Origin: Pseudogymnoascus verrucosus
Taxonomy: Eukaryota
Length of the DNA stretch: 64,000 bases
Reading direction: 5' to 3' (one strand)
Assembly (NCBI GenBank): GCA_001662655.1
Contig: KV460243.1
How positions within the stretch are numbered: position 1 is the stretch's first letter; each line of letters starts with the position of its first letter. The position numbers were made by a program, and so were the translations under genes. The notes beneath the pieces were generated by a model, which was not told where the DNA came from, did no database searches, and saw only the letters and a list, made by a program, of their open reading frames with translations. Below are positions 48,663 through 61,492 of the stretch, in pieces.

Positions 48663-51128
48663 TCAACTCCCCGAGTCCGGCCAATCTCTCCGTGGAGACG
48701 CCTGATCAGGCGACATTGTCCGTGGCCATGGCGCCGCTTCTTCGTCTTCGGGGGCTATGTACGATGGGACGGGTTTCCGCCTTGGTCTCGACGCAGTGCT
48801 CATATCCGTGTCTCTGCGCGTCAATGGCCCCATGCTCTGGTCCGTGTCTCTACGTGTCAATGGCCCCATGCTCTGATCCGTGTCTCTCCTGACAAGGGTC
48901 TGCATACTTTGATCCGATTCCCTTCTCGTATCAAAGTACCCAAAGCTTTGGTCCGTGTCTCTCCGCGCATACCCTGAACGCCTCTCTAGAGCAGCCTCGG
49001 GTAGCGGAACCTGATGCGGTGAAATCAGCGGAGACGGTGAAGACGGACCAGATTCCCCCCGTTGGAACCCAGGCCGCTGCATTGCACTCTGCGGTATGGC
49101 AGGCGGGGAAGTTGGGTCATATGCCACCGACATCCGAGAGCCTGACATTCGCGATGTTGTGGCGGGCCCATCATAGAGATCCTCCTCAGACGCCTCCATC
49201 CCACCAGTCAGTGTCAAACCGGACGTTCTGTCTTGATGCAACCTCTGTAATTTCGACATCTCCGTTCCCAACGCGGGCGTATCGGGCGCATTATTCACGC
49301 TTTCGTATGCTCCCCTCATTTTTTGCACGTTCTCGTACTCATCCCTCTTTCTCAGCGCTTTCGTCCGTACTCTGTCCAGAGCAACATGTCGATGCGTCTC
49401 ATTCTCACCCTTGTTTTTCTTATCCCGACGGTCATTGTGGCACATGCGGCACGGACATATAGGCTTCCCGCCCGGGTTCTTCGTCACCTCCGCATCCCAT
49501 ACGAGCTGGAGATCGGCTCCACGCATCTGAGATTGGTACACTGTGTCCTTCCACCACGCAGAAAAGAGTCGCATGTTCGTCCCGCCCGTCCAGATCGCGC
49601 ACTTGGTGCTGTTCCAGCCGTGGACGAATGGGCTGCCGAGTTCTCCAAAGAAATCCTTGATCTTTTTACGGACGCTCAGGTCTTTGTCCGTTTCGACGAT
49701 GGATTGGCGTTCAGATTTGGCATATTTGACGACCCGCCAGCCTGCACGGAACAGGACAACTAGGGCCTCCAGCCAGGCCCCATTGTACCGGTCGATCACG
49801 GCGGCGAAGATGACGAGTATGGCGCCAACCCAGGCTCCCCATGCCCCTATAGCATCGCTGTGTTCGCTGGGTGGTATTGTCTGTATTAAAATCTCACTTG
49901 CTATGACGCTAGCTATAAAAACGATGGGGCATATGACACTGAGGAATATAGCCGAAACGTAGAACATCGCTGCTATAGCTTTGGCGATGTGGTAGCGTAT
50001 TTTCTTCCGCGTGGTTTCTTCCGTGTTTTTATCCTCTCTGCCATATTGTTTAAGCAGTTCCTCCTCACGCTTGCCCTCGAATAGGACCTTGATCCACAGT
50101 CTGAGGTCAGCATTGCAGACGCGGAAAATCGCATTTCGGACCTCGCTTTGGCTGTAGTAACTTTCCAGAACGCCGATAGCCCCATTAATAGTTATGAATG
50201 CAAGCGCAAACAAAATAGTGTAGAAGAGATTGTTAAAGGCTTTGGTTGAGGCGGCTTTATCAGCTTTTGTTATAAAGTATGGTACCATGTTTTCGCCCCG
50301 ACGCATGGGAGCGATGGGGCTCAGTGTGCCGCAAAAGTCGATGCAGTTACATCTGTTGTAGTATTCAAGCGCTAGAAAATTGTCGGTTTGGGGTACGATG
50401 CAGTCCGGAGTTCCCTCGCACAGGGCAAATGATGGCAGGGTGTTCACCACCATTCTTCCCCCGCTGGTGAGACCGAACCCCCGCATCATGACGCCTAGGC
50501 ACGTCGCTAACGCAACAAATATCAGGGCCCCCCAGCAGACAATAACTGCTTGAGCATGGTGCTTGCGCACCGTGTTCGACCACATTAGAATGGGCGTGAG
50601 CATGATACCCGACGCAGTAAGGATGGGGAAAATTCCAAAAAGGTCCAGGTCCATGTATTCCTTCGTGGACTCGGGGTCCCAGCCCCCTGGATCTCTGAAG
50701 CGAAATAATCCAACGAGGGTGAAGAGGTGTACTGCCGACACGGCCGCATAAGTCATGGCTGTGCCGAGTGCGGCGACGGAGATCCAAACATGTCGGCGGA
50801 AGACGAGCGAGAAGACAATTAGGACGTAGAAGAGGGCGCGCGAGAGCGTATTGTATTGCCCACTGATTGGGTACACGCAATCGATATTCATCTGAATGCG
50901 ACTTGAGTCGAATATAGATTCCGTAATCGCAAAGGCACTGTTCAAGATGCGGAGGGAGGAGACCTGAAATATGAGACCAACATAGTCGTCATCGTAGAGT
51001 CTTAGGCTGACGCCTTGGTCGTCATCGTTCCCGGGGTAAGGGGTAAAGTTTCCGTTAAGCTGAGGATGGAGTGGCCCAGTTCGCCATCCAATCCGGTACA
51101 AGAACGTTTCGTTCATAGGGGTAGTCAT
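48663..51128 (-). CDS. Intronless ~821-aa membrane protein with apparent 7TM topology and a repetitive cytosolic tail
   Basis: CVYPISGQY followed by seven hydrophobic segments, a Cys-rich loop, and a low-complexity tail with 5 RR[DE][TS]D repeats. First ATG at 51128. Confidence 0.85.
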   Translation of the reverse strand: MTTPMNETFLYRIGWRTGPLHPQLNGNFTPYPGNDDDQGVSLRLYDDDYVGLIFQVSSLRILNSAFAITESIFDSSRIQMNIDCVYPISGQYNTLSRALFYVLIVFSLVFRRHVWISVAALGTAMTYAAVSAVHLFTLVGLFRFRDPGGWDPESTKEYMDLDLFGIFPILTASGIMLTPILMWSNTVRKHHAQAVIVCWGALIFVALATCLGVMMRGFGLTSGGRMVVNTLPSFALCEGTPDCIVPQTDNFLALEYYNRCNCIDFCGTLSPIAPMRRGENMVPYFITKADKAASTKAFNNLFYTILFALAFITINGAIGVLESYYSQSEVRNAIFRVCNADLRLWIKVLFEGKREEELLKQYGREDKNTEETTRKKIRYHIAKAIAAMFYVSAIFLSVICPIVFIASVIASEILIQTIPPSEHSDAIGAWGAWVGAILVIFAAVIDRYNGAWLEALVVLFRAGWRVVKYAKSERQSIVETDKDLSVRKKIKDFFGELGSPFVHGWNSTKCAIWTGGTNMRLFSAWWKDTVYQSQMRGADLQLVWDAEVTKNPGGKPICPCRMCHNDRRDKKNKGENETHRHVALDRVRTKALRKRDEYENVQKMRGAYESVNNAPDTPALGTEMSKLQRLHQDRTSGLTLTGGMEASEEDLYDGPATTSRMSGSRMSVAYDPTSPPAIPQSAMQRPGFQRGESGPSSPSPLISPHQVPLPEAALERRSGYARRDTDQSFGYFDTRRESDQSMQTLVRRDTDQSMGPLTRRDTDQSMGPLTRRDTDMSTASRPRRKPVPSYIAPEDEEAAPWPRTMSPDQASPRRDWPDSGS

Positions 51129-52605
51129 TGTTGCGGCCACGAGGAGTGCGAGCAAACGAGCCCATAAAGCTCACAGGAGATAGATGCTTATAAGCTTAAT
51201 CATACCCCAACCAATCTCTAGATATATTCACCAACAAAACAGCCAAGGTCGTCCTCAGCGATCCATGCACACCGGTCGATAAGGACTGGATGCATGCTTC
51301 TATTTACATACTTCTGTAATGAGGGTCGAGAGGGGGTTGTAGCTTCAACGCTAGGCGGCACTGCCCGTATGCCAAAATTAGCCGTCTCAGCTGTCAGCGC
51401 TAGCCCTATACTGGCTCCCGAAGGATTTTTAGGATGCAGTGCGGCTGGGGAACTGTCCACTAACAATCTATCATTTCTTGGCCGGGCCACGCCTTCAGGA
51501 CCACACCTATCAACTCTAAACAATATTGTCAGAATTTAGGGATTCGAGATGGTGGGATTCGCGTGGCTGGCCAGGCCTGCGCCGATATATCCGCTCGATG
51601 ACACCCTGATGGAGGCTGAAATTGGCCAGCTCTTGCGCCAAATCGCGCACGAACGCGAAATCGTGATTGCGATACAGTCGCGTTCAAATAGAGCCGCCTT
51701 CGTTGCATTACTCGTTCTTCCTTCAGTCCTCCACCTACCCCCCAGTCCTGGTCACTTCAGCTCCCATGCCAAGCTTATCTTCCCCTCCCACAGAGCGTCG
51801 TGCAGACACGGATCTTGTCTTCCCCCTTGTTGCCGGGGCGCACAATGAACCCCTCACATGGTCACACTAACGCAAGGCTCGGCAGGTTGTCTTTGCTGTG
51901 TCACAGCTCGATCCTTCTCTCGCGCTAGCTAGGCACTGGGATCTGGTCTGTGATCGTGATTTGCTCGGCGCGTTGGCATTGGGCTGCAGCTGTGCGTCAC
52001 ATATGGTGTATGATCGCACATTGTGGGGGCTGTATGTGAGGCTGTTGACAGGGAATCTTGCGCAAAAGTTTCCCAAATAATTGGAAGGATCTATTCATGT
52101 GTTTTGTGCATATCCGCGGAGGAAGCTAGTTTGCGAAGAGTCCTCCTAAATGGGCAAGGCCCTTTTCCTGTGGGCAGAAACTTCCCAAAAAGCTAGGGTC
52201 TACCCTTGTATTCGCAAGGAAGGAGCGGCTCCCGCGGAAGCTGCTCAATTTAGCCGTTCCGATGGTTCCTGCCTGTAATTTGTGATTACTATACTTACTA
52301 GGCGCGGAAAATCGGAGTTATCTTGACTGTCGCATTCGGAGCTGCTCGTAGCTGCGCATTTAGAGCATATTTCCAACTACATCGGCCTTTCAATTACATC
52401 AGCCATTAGTCACGAGTGCAGGAAACTTGAGAGTGATCACAAATTTAACTGTTTATTATAAGCAGCTATAGCATCGCTAGGTATACAGCCATTAAATTGT
52501 GAAGACAGAGCAGCTAGAAACTCAACCCTCTACTCCAGCCACCAAATTACACTCCTGTCACACGGTAGAACCGATCAACAGAGCATCGCACCAAAAGGAA
52601 GAGAA

Positions 52606-53705
52606 TCAGTTACTGATCTGTGGCACTAATTAGCTCCAGACTCAATCACCACACTTCAGATCAAACATACCTCAATAATCGCCGGCCCCGCAGCCGTCGT
52701 ATCATCCGAAACGGTGTCCTTGCAACTGGTCAACACCGCGTAAGACTGTCCACTAAATCCCATCGGAATCGTGACCTCGAAACCACCTGCGACCGGGGTC
52801 GCTTCGACAAATGTTGGGCCTGTGACCGAGATGAACGCCGCATACACGGTCGCAACGCCCTGGGCAGCCTTGAGGGTGTAGCCCGGCGTCAGCAGCTTGA
52901 CTTTGCTGCCTGCCTTCACAGTACCGGCAGCGGGATCAAGCTGGAGAGCTGGGAAGGCTTTGACGGGCAACTTGGCGTTCGTCGTGGGGCAGCTGGTGAT
53001 GAAGCCTGCGGCCAGGGTGTACACCTCATCAAGGGTGAGGGGCGTATCGAAGGGTGCTGCGAAGGGGGTCTGCTTGAGCCCAGCACGGATGTAGGAGGAG
53101 TGCCTCGCTTCGACGGTGAGGATCGAACCAGCGGCCGTGAGGTAGGCCTTGCTCATGATGTCGGCTGCGGCGCCGAGGTAGGCGGAAACTCCGACGCCTT
53201 CAAGGACTGAGGCGGTGGCGATGAAGGTCTTTACGTCGGTGAGGGGGAAGTTGTAGGTGCATGCGTCGACGGGCTTGGCTCCGGCGGCTGGGATGGTTAG
53301 TATGCGAAGCTTCTGGAGAAATATGGACGGAATAGGGGGGGTTGGAAGGGAGAGTAAGAATGGGAAACTAACCGGTCAACCCTGAGGTAAGGAACTTGAC
53401 ATGTTCTGTCTCGTCACTTGATACTTTCTGGATGTTGGCGTAGAAGGTCGCATCGAACCCGGCGGCGGCAAACTGGGCTTCGGTGAATTTTGCGAGACCT
53501 TGGCGGTAAAAGTTATCCTCGAGGTGCTCGAGAGTGAGGGCGTACTGGAGGATGTCGGCTGGTAAGGAGTTAGGAGTTGTTGCCAATTGCTATGGGTTGA
53601 GTAGGTGTTCAGCTTACCATCTGTTGGGCCGGCTCTCTTCGCGAGAGGGGATGAGGAAACGATGCCTGCAGCCGCGAGGGCGATGATGGATTGGGAGAAC
53701 TTCAT
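52606..53705 (-). CDS. Secreted ferritin-like domain protein (Rds1-like)
   Basis: Signal plus KR, DILQYALTLEHLE, ETEH, LEGVGVSAYLG, EARH and PFDTPL motifs; three introns, last exon ISN*. Confidence 0.9.
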
Positions 53706-54790
53706 GATGAGGTAGGAGAATACAGCAATGTGTATGTAGTAGTTGTTATTGCGGTATGGGATTGATAGAATAGAGAATGTGGCGCCAGGTACGGTTTATA
53801 ACCAGTGAGTGAGAATGACGAGCTGATTAATGCCCATACTGTACTCCTATGATATCCTATTCTACTATGGCAAACATCTCTTCCGTGCCAATCTCTCATA
53901 ACAACACTCACATCACTCGCGGCCCAATCCCCATCCGATGGGATGACAGCTGGTTTCAATTGACGATCATCTACCTACCCATGTCTATTTCCCCGGGAAC
54001 AAACCATCCCATCTCAGTAGCACCAAAACAAGGCACCGACCTCCAATTCGCCACTTCCATAACAAGCTTATCTGTTTCAAGAAACGGATTTCCCTATTAG
54101 ACGAAGTATACTGGCATCTTGGACTTCCGAATACGTTAGCTCCGTCCCAAAGTGATAAGATCGCCCTCTCGGATCTTGCTTGGCCCGGCTTAAACAACAC
54201 TAAATGCGGGAGTAACCGCGCTAGGTACGAAAATGGTCTTAGTAAACTGTCATATCGACGCTTGCCTTACCTTTAACTCCGAACCGGGGGTTTGGGGATG
54301 GGGGTATTGGATGAATTGGGAAGGAATGTTTGCAGAGGTCGCTGGTCAAATTAGAGACGTTTGTATATCATAATGGAGGCAAGATCTCCATCCGGATGTT
54401 TCAATCGCCGAAACAACTTTCGTCAGTATATTGAATGTTTGTATCACAAATTAAATTGGTAAGCTCTCACTTTTACTATATGCCGAATGTGACGACGAGG
54501 AAGGCAGTGCACGGGTACTATTATTTCCGAGACGCCCATCTGCAAGGTACGAGGTATCCAGGAACCAAGGCAGAACTTGTGATAGAACCAAGACGGGAAA
54601 TTTGATTAATAGCGCCAACTGATGGGCAAGCAGATCCAAAGACGTAGTACAGTATAAGGCACGAGCCCTCCCGTCTCCCGCATAAATCATAAACCACACG
54701 CAACATATTCCTCACGCGTCTTCAATCCCACTGCATCATCAAACCCCTAAACACCAAGCAACCAACCAGCCAAATCAACAAACCGCAGCC

Positions 54791-55212
54791 ATGAAACTCG
54801 TCATCCTCGCCGCCCTTCTCTCCGGTATTTCCCCTCCCAAAACCCAATCCTCATAACCCCCTCTCCAAACATAACATAAACCCGCTAACCCACCCCAACA
54901 GCCCTCCAACTCACCGCCCTCGCCGACTCAACAATAACATGCTCCACCTGCCCATCATCCACCCCCGCAGCCCCAGACATCGTGACGCGCACTGATGCCC
55001 CAGTGACGCCCTGCTCGGCGGCTGTGCTGACTGCTGTGTCTGATTCTTCGACTGGGGGAGCGGGCGGGAGTGGTGGAGGTACGGGAGGAGGAGCGAATGC
55101 GACCGGGACTGGGGGTGCGCAGCCGACGCCGAGCCCTAATGTTGGGGGGAGGGTGATGGGGAGTGCGGGGGGGGCCGTGGTGTTGGGTGTTGTTGTTGCG
55201 TTTGTGTTGTGA
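54791..55212 (+). CDS. Small secreted Gly/Thr-rich, probably GPI-anchored protein
   Basis: Signal MKLVILAALLSALQLTALA (intron 54825-54901), G/T/S-rich stalk, PSPN omega-like site and hydrophobic C-terminus GAVVLGVVVAFVL. Confidence 0.75.
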
Positions 55213-55613
55213 GATGGCGAGTGACGGGAAATAGGAGTGAGGTGGTGAGAGTGCTGAATACAGAGTGGATGGGTGTGATATCTGGTAGGAGGGTTAATTA
55301 ATGGCTTGTTGAGAAAGGGGCTTCGTGTGTAGGGGTGTAATATACCATTAAATTCCATCCATAGCGTAGCAATACGCAGACTCCATGCTGTCCATATAGG
55401 CTCTGTTGGGTTTTCGTTGAGAGCTGTCGTAACGCTGCACTATTTCGTTTTTTCGTCTGCAACTCCGTCCCAAAGTTTCCTCGTAGTGTCCTATTTGCGA
55501 TTTCATGCTCTTTCGACGACAGAATGCCATACGAAACCATATCGTAGAACCAGTGCCCCTTGCACCTTTATTTTCTCAGACCCGAATTCGAAATCATACC
55601 ACAGTTGACAAGA

Positions 55614-58600
55614 TTATGTTGGAACTATGTTTTGTTGCTCGCTGCGTTCCCGGAATTCTAGTAGATCTGCAAGGTTCTTTGTATACATTATTGTATGCTC
55701 GTGCTCCCTGCCAAGGACCTTCTCTGCAAGCTGAGCTGATTGTCGGTACATCAACTCAGCCTCATCGTACTTGCCCTGTTCTTGTAGGACGACTCCAAGG
55801 CTGTTCATGCTTTTTAGTGTATCAGGATGCTCCTTGCCAANNNNNNNNNNNNNNNNNNNNNNNNNNNNNNNNNNNNNNNNNNNNNNNNNNNNNNNNNNNN
55901 NNNNNNNNNGCTCCTTGCCAAGAACCCTCTCTTGTACCTGAAGCGTCTGTCGGTATATTTGCTCAGCCATGTCGTGCTTACCCTGCTTTCTTAGAGCTAC
56001 TCCAAGATTGTTCATGCTTGCTAGTGTATTAGGATGCTCCTTGCCAAGAACCCTCTCTTGTACCTGAAGCGTCTGTCGGTATATTTGCTCAGCCTCGTCG
56101 TTCTTGCCCTGTCTTTGTAGACCTATTCCAAGATTGTTCATGCTTGCTAGTGTATTAGGATGCTCCTTGCCAAGAACCCTCTCTTGTACCTGAAGCGTCT
56201 GTCGGTATATTTGCTCAGCCTCGTCGTTCTTGCCCTGTTTTTGTAGGGCTATTCCAAGGTTGTTCATGCTTAATAGTGTATGGGGATGCTCCTTGCCAAG
56301 AACCCTTTTAGTCCATTTTAAAGCCTGTCGAATCATTGGTTCGGACGAATTATATCGACCCTGGCTGTCGAAAAATTCTGCGAAATAGAACGTAGCAGCA
56401 TGCAATTTGATCCCCTCGAGATCTCCTTGGAGAACTTTATATTTGTTCTCGTTTTGAAAAACGACCTCTAAGTGAGAAAGTAAAGCTTGCCGTGTGCTTA
56501 AAGTCATTTCATAAATGGGATGCTTTTGGAGAAAGGTGGAAAGCAGTAGAATTGCTTCTGTAGCGTATGCTCGGTGATCATTTATGACTCGCAACTTTAC
56601 CCAATCTTGAATAAGAGGGTGGAGTGAGAATGTTGTCCCATTGTCTCTGGTGTTCAGGTTTTGAAGTAGTGAAAGTTTTCGAAGCTCTTTCAGTATGTCT
56701 TGGGCTTCATACTTGTCCCAGACACCATCTGTTACACAGGACACTAGCCAATCAATATTTTGAGAGCCATAGCATTCAAATAGATCTTCAGATACTTCTT
56801 TGCTGTCTAGGAATGCCGCAAGAGTAAGGATATGAATTTTGTCTTTCTGTTCCGTTGGAGTTCCAGTAATCAGTTGGACTGACAGCTCCCAGGTGGTGAA
56901 CACAGTTAGCTTGGTCATGGTCTCTGAATCGGTCTTCAATCTTCGTTGGTAATCCCATAATTCAGGTATCTCGCTGAGTACCTTTTTTTTCCGCTCGGTA
57001 TAGTGTTCCATATAGAGGCAAAGATCAAGATCACCTGCCTTGATGTACGCGCCTGCCTGGTCGATAGCAAGGGCATGATATCCAAGCCGCTTGACGATAT
57101 TTTCCCCTTCTTGTATGTTCTCATCAGACCTCTCAACGTCGCTTCTATTGAGTAAAAGATCCAACGCTTCCTTATCCAACATGGATGTTACATCAATACT
57201 CAGTCCCATGTCCTTTACTCCAGCGTGTCGAGTTGTGAAGAGAATCGACGCGTGGGCCCCCCGTGGGAAATAATCCTTGATATTCTCATCGCCAAACGCG
57301 CTCGGATCATCAAAATTGTCAAAGACGAGCAGCCAGTGGATATTCCTAGTCTCTATCGCATTAAGAACAAATCTAATGTTGCCTTTGACATCTGCCACAT
57401 CAAAATCTGGCCTGGACAATTTATGCGCAATATCGGCAAAAGACTGCGCCATGCTTGCTGGGGTGCTTGCGTCGAACCAGAAAATCGCAGAAAACCATTT
57501 TCTATTCTGTCCCTGTCGACAGTATTCGAGTGCAACCTGGGTCTTGCCGCATCCACCCATACCATAAAGGACAGCAATCGTTGGTGCTGAATTATGTTGC
57601 CTCATTTGGAAGTGGTTCTGGATAGCATCCACGAAATCTTTTCTGGCGACATAGTGCGTGACTTGATGCGACGGATATAGATAGTAGGAATGGGCATTTA
57701 CGGGTGCGGTGACTGCTCCATCTGTCTAATAATAAGCAGATGTGTAATAAAGGGCCGTTGCTATGTACCTAGCTGTCCAAGAGGGAAAGCATCCAAGGGT
57801 TTCCCTACTAATGCGTCTACAATAACCCCTATCTCTTGTTTAATACTTTTGTCTTGGAGATATGCCTCAGTGTGCGTCTTGACCTCTCCAAGCTTTTCCC
57901 ACTCCTGAAGGGTGACCAGTTCAAGTCCTTGCTCCACATTCAGCCGGTGATAAAGTCCATGGCAGTTCCGAAGTCGATCTTTCATCCTTGACGCTTCAGC
58001 CTCTGAGTCCGTGGCCATCTTTTTCATGACTTTGATAAGGTCCAATGGCACTGCTCTTTGAAAGAAATTCGGGGCTTTGAACCCAGCAGCCATTGACTTT
58101 CCTGTTCCGATGCTGATGATGCAGTTTACCTTTCTGTCAGGGCCGAATTCGTTTATTGCTTCTTCGACAAGATACCGCACGGGATTGTTACATCCCATAC
58201 CGGCATCAATGAATTCCTCTTCTATTCCAGCGTCGCCAATATAAATACGCTTGAAGAAGGTGGGGGCAGCAGATGTCGCGCGGGCGGCTTCCCAGATAGT
58301 ACAGTTATATCCAGGGTTTTCATCTGCGGACCATGTTCTGAACAGCCTCGGTTGATTGTTGACGTGCATCGCTGGAACGGCGCAAACAAACCTAAAAAAT
58401 CAGTGTTATTAAAAGCCGATAATTTCATAGAGGCTCACATACGTCTTGCACGACACAGTGTCCGTTATAAACATATTATCGTCCGCATGACCTTTGCCTA
58501 ATTTTGACTCGATAGTTTCTTTTATTGCCCTTTCTAGATTGGAGGCTTTGTAGGTCCCGTCTTTTCCAGGGGCCTTCTTCTCTGAGAAGATTTGTTTGGC

Positions 58601-58916
58601 CAGGGCTCGATATGTATCAATAGCTTCGGGAACTGATAACCGGAGGCGGCCAAGAAGAATAGCAATAAGTCTATGCAATATTAGAATAACATACTGCTAC
58701 GACTTCAGCTAAGGATACTGACCCGCCAGTGCTTGTTCCACAGATCATATCAAAGTAGTCAGCCGGTAACGGTGTCTCCACTTTCAAAGCCCGGCCAACA
58801 CGGTGCATGATTTCCTGTAGTATTACAAGCTCCGAAATGCCCCTGATTCCGCCGCCGTCTAAAGAGAGGAGACGGAGAGGCCGGTTCAGCGGTTCCGGCG
58901 GCGAAGTTTGCTCCAT
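55614..58916 (-). CDS. Fungal NLR: patatin-like phospholipase + NB-ARC + TPR repeats (PLP-1-like architecture)
   Basis: LSLDGGGIRG, GTSTG, ATSAAPTFF and FIDAG; an in-frame splice into Walker A GMGGCGKT, Walker B LLVFDNFDD, FTTR, LAIDQAG and LHPL; then 42-aa TPR repeats. Confidence 0.93.
55780..56305 (-). repeat. 126-bp near-identical TPR-coding tandem repeats; copy number unresolved because of a gap
   Basis: Repeated VLGKEHPxTLxSMNNLG...QGKxDxAEQIYRQTLQVQER. GCTCCTTGCCAA occurs on both sides of the N run 55841-55909. Confidence 0.92.
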
Positions 58917-60530
58917 GTCGGCAAGGCTGAGTCCTAAGTACTGCGAAGATGGTATATATTTTGGGGTAGATATTCTTGATTCGTCAAGTTGGAACACTCT
59001 TCATCGCTTCCCTCGTAGCATTGTATCACAGGCTCATGAAGACGCGAACAAGAAGAATTGCAAAGTTTGGGGTGTTCAGCTTCTCTTGTACGGAGCCTCA
59101 TTGCAGCCTTCCCTTACACTCATTTCAAAAGACAGCGCTTAGCCTACGAATCAGCAACGACAGACCCTGGTCGCACCTTGGCGGTGGTGAACAACGCACC
59201 GAATGAAGTCGAACATGCATAGTCCAATCGGAGGGTCTTCTCGTCCATCCCGAGATATTCCCCTGGAGGTTCGGCTTAGTCAGTTGAGACACGACTTATT
59301 TATTATCCGCAGGAGTTCATAGCCGTTACGCATGCCCTGTCAGTATTGTAAAATAAATCAGTTCGTAGGCCCTTAGAGCGGGTAGAACATCCCCTCTCTC
59401 ACATAACCACCATTTTCCAGAAAATTCCGGCGATAATAGCTTGGTATTGAACTTGCTAGCTCGGGTCTAATGAACACTACAAAGCGTTCCTGCTCCTCTC
59501 TCTCAAACGCCCCAGCTTCTGGTTCATCGGGAGGTCGTTCTCATAGCTCCCGCTCCTGCCATTTCCGAAGCGTTCACATCCACGGACAAGTAGGTTCTCT
59601 TGGGGTAAGGTACCACAGAATCATGTAGGCACCCATATAAATAACGCTCTGGAGTCTCATCGAATAGACCAGACTCCAAACGATGGTGTTTTTCTTTAAA
59701 AGGTGCCATATATATATGCCCATGTCCCACACAACAGTCTTGATATGTTATATAAGCAAAATCCGGGGTTTGCACACTCCTCACAACCCTACATCATAAA
59801 CTAACCTTCTTCAGTAGCGCCTCCCACTTCCGGTAATCGTGTTCACGTAATCCAGGCTCAGATCGATCCAGTAGTGCTTCCAGGATCCACCGCTAATTTA
59901 GAGCTGCGGGTAGTGGCGACTAGCATACCCGCTATCTGCCCGCCTAGGCGCGGTGTTTGCTTCTGGATGTCGGCTTCTGGAACCCTTGGAGCTAGCCTTT
60001 GAAAATGTGGGGTCTAGATTAACTTAGGAGAGCCAGCAGATGCCGTGATATCATATCCGCCGAACGGTGTTTGCTGGTTGATTTTCGAGACTTAAAAACC
60101 AAAAACCGGGAACGTCACCGTGGGATTTGAGGGGCAAAATATGAGAAAGACACCATACAAAAACTTAGACTAAGGAGGGAAATATCATATAGTTACCTCG
60201 ATAACGTCAAGTAACCTAAGATAAGGACCAAACTTACGTGCGCGGCGATCGCCCCTCAATTAGCGCGGTGAACCCATCCGGGGTTTGGATCGGGGACTGA
60301 TATTTGTCCGGCGATTGTGATCGGGGACTGCTCCGTCGGTGACTGCTTCGTGCCTTAGACGCTCGATAACTTATCAGCGTCACACGGTGGTTTACCTGTG
60401 GTTGGTAGGCGCGGATAATACATGAGTATATATCAATTCGCCTTGCTGGTGCAGTGTTTGTGATTCAAACCACCCCCTAAAAATCACAACCCAACTCTCG
60501 CGAAATTCTCACATCCTATAACTAAGCACA

Positions 60531-61131
60531 ATGTCAACTCCCACCAAGATCACCGGCGGCTGCCTCTGCAAAGCCGTCAGATACGAGGTTAACTTCCCTG
60601 AAGACCATGACTTCAAAGCCAACGTAAGAACCCCTGAGTCTACCCATTCTCATCTCGTCCTTTTCAGAAGTTCTCCATTCTTTTTCGTTCCCCATTCTCC
60701 AGCTCACACCTCTTCAGTCAGTAGCCTGCTTCTGCACCCTCTGCCGCAAGCAATCCGGAGCCGTCGCCGTGCACGTCCACATTCTACCCCGCAGCAGCTT
60801 CGCCTGGACCTCCCCCTCTGCCACCCCCGCCGCTCCACTTGCCAACTACCAAGTCATCAAAGATAACCTGCGCTGGTTCTGCACAGCGTGCGGCTCCTAT
60901 CTCGCGTGGGAGGGCAACGGAATCATCGAGGTGACAGCGGGGTCGGTGGATGAGGAGTGCCTCGTTGGGAAGAAGGATGGTGAGGGGAATGTGATTGAGA
61001 AGGGGGTTGGAGAGCAGTTCTGCCATCCGGAAGGGGCTGTGACGTGGGTTAATAATTCGCTGGGTCCAGTGACGGAGGGGGTCAAGGGAACTAGATGGAA
61101 GTTCTCTGTTGCCCATGGGGTGAGGGGATAA
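60531..61131 (+). CDS. GFA/CENP-V (Mss4-like) zinc-binding protein, copy 1
   Basis: ITGGCLCKAVRY, CFCTLCRK and RWFCTACGS motifs; one intron after KAN. Confidence 0.88.
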
Positions 61132-61492
61132 AGGGGTGAAGTTTTAATAAGGTATAAATATGAGTTATGAGGCACGATGGATGGCAAAACATCATAAAGT
61201 TATGAGTGTGAAGGTATAAAATGTACTTTACGCGGTGTATCCCCAACTCCCGTGACAGCGTGATACGGAGCATTATTTCCCCGCACCAAGTGCCTGAACA
61301 CGTCGTCCGACATACGCGACCCGGACCCCGCCAAGTGAATGACTAACATTTGAGGGTGGGATGCCCATGAGCAACGCGGCTTATTACTACAGCTGCGCGT
61401 CATCCTCCAATATTTTATTCTTCTTTTGCTTTTCAAAAAGCAAACATATTTCCAAAGAAGCATTCTCTCGAATCAAATATAAAATAGAAACC

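Noticed and set aside
19000..59500. Starship or other large mobile element carrying the accessory genes
   Set aside because: No tyrosine-recombinase captain, transposase or defined boundaries recognised within the window.
59500..59900. Coding-like minus-strand fragments upstream of the NLR
   Set aside because: Stops and frameshifts with no identifiable motif; no amyloid-motif or HeLo partner gene recognised.
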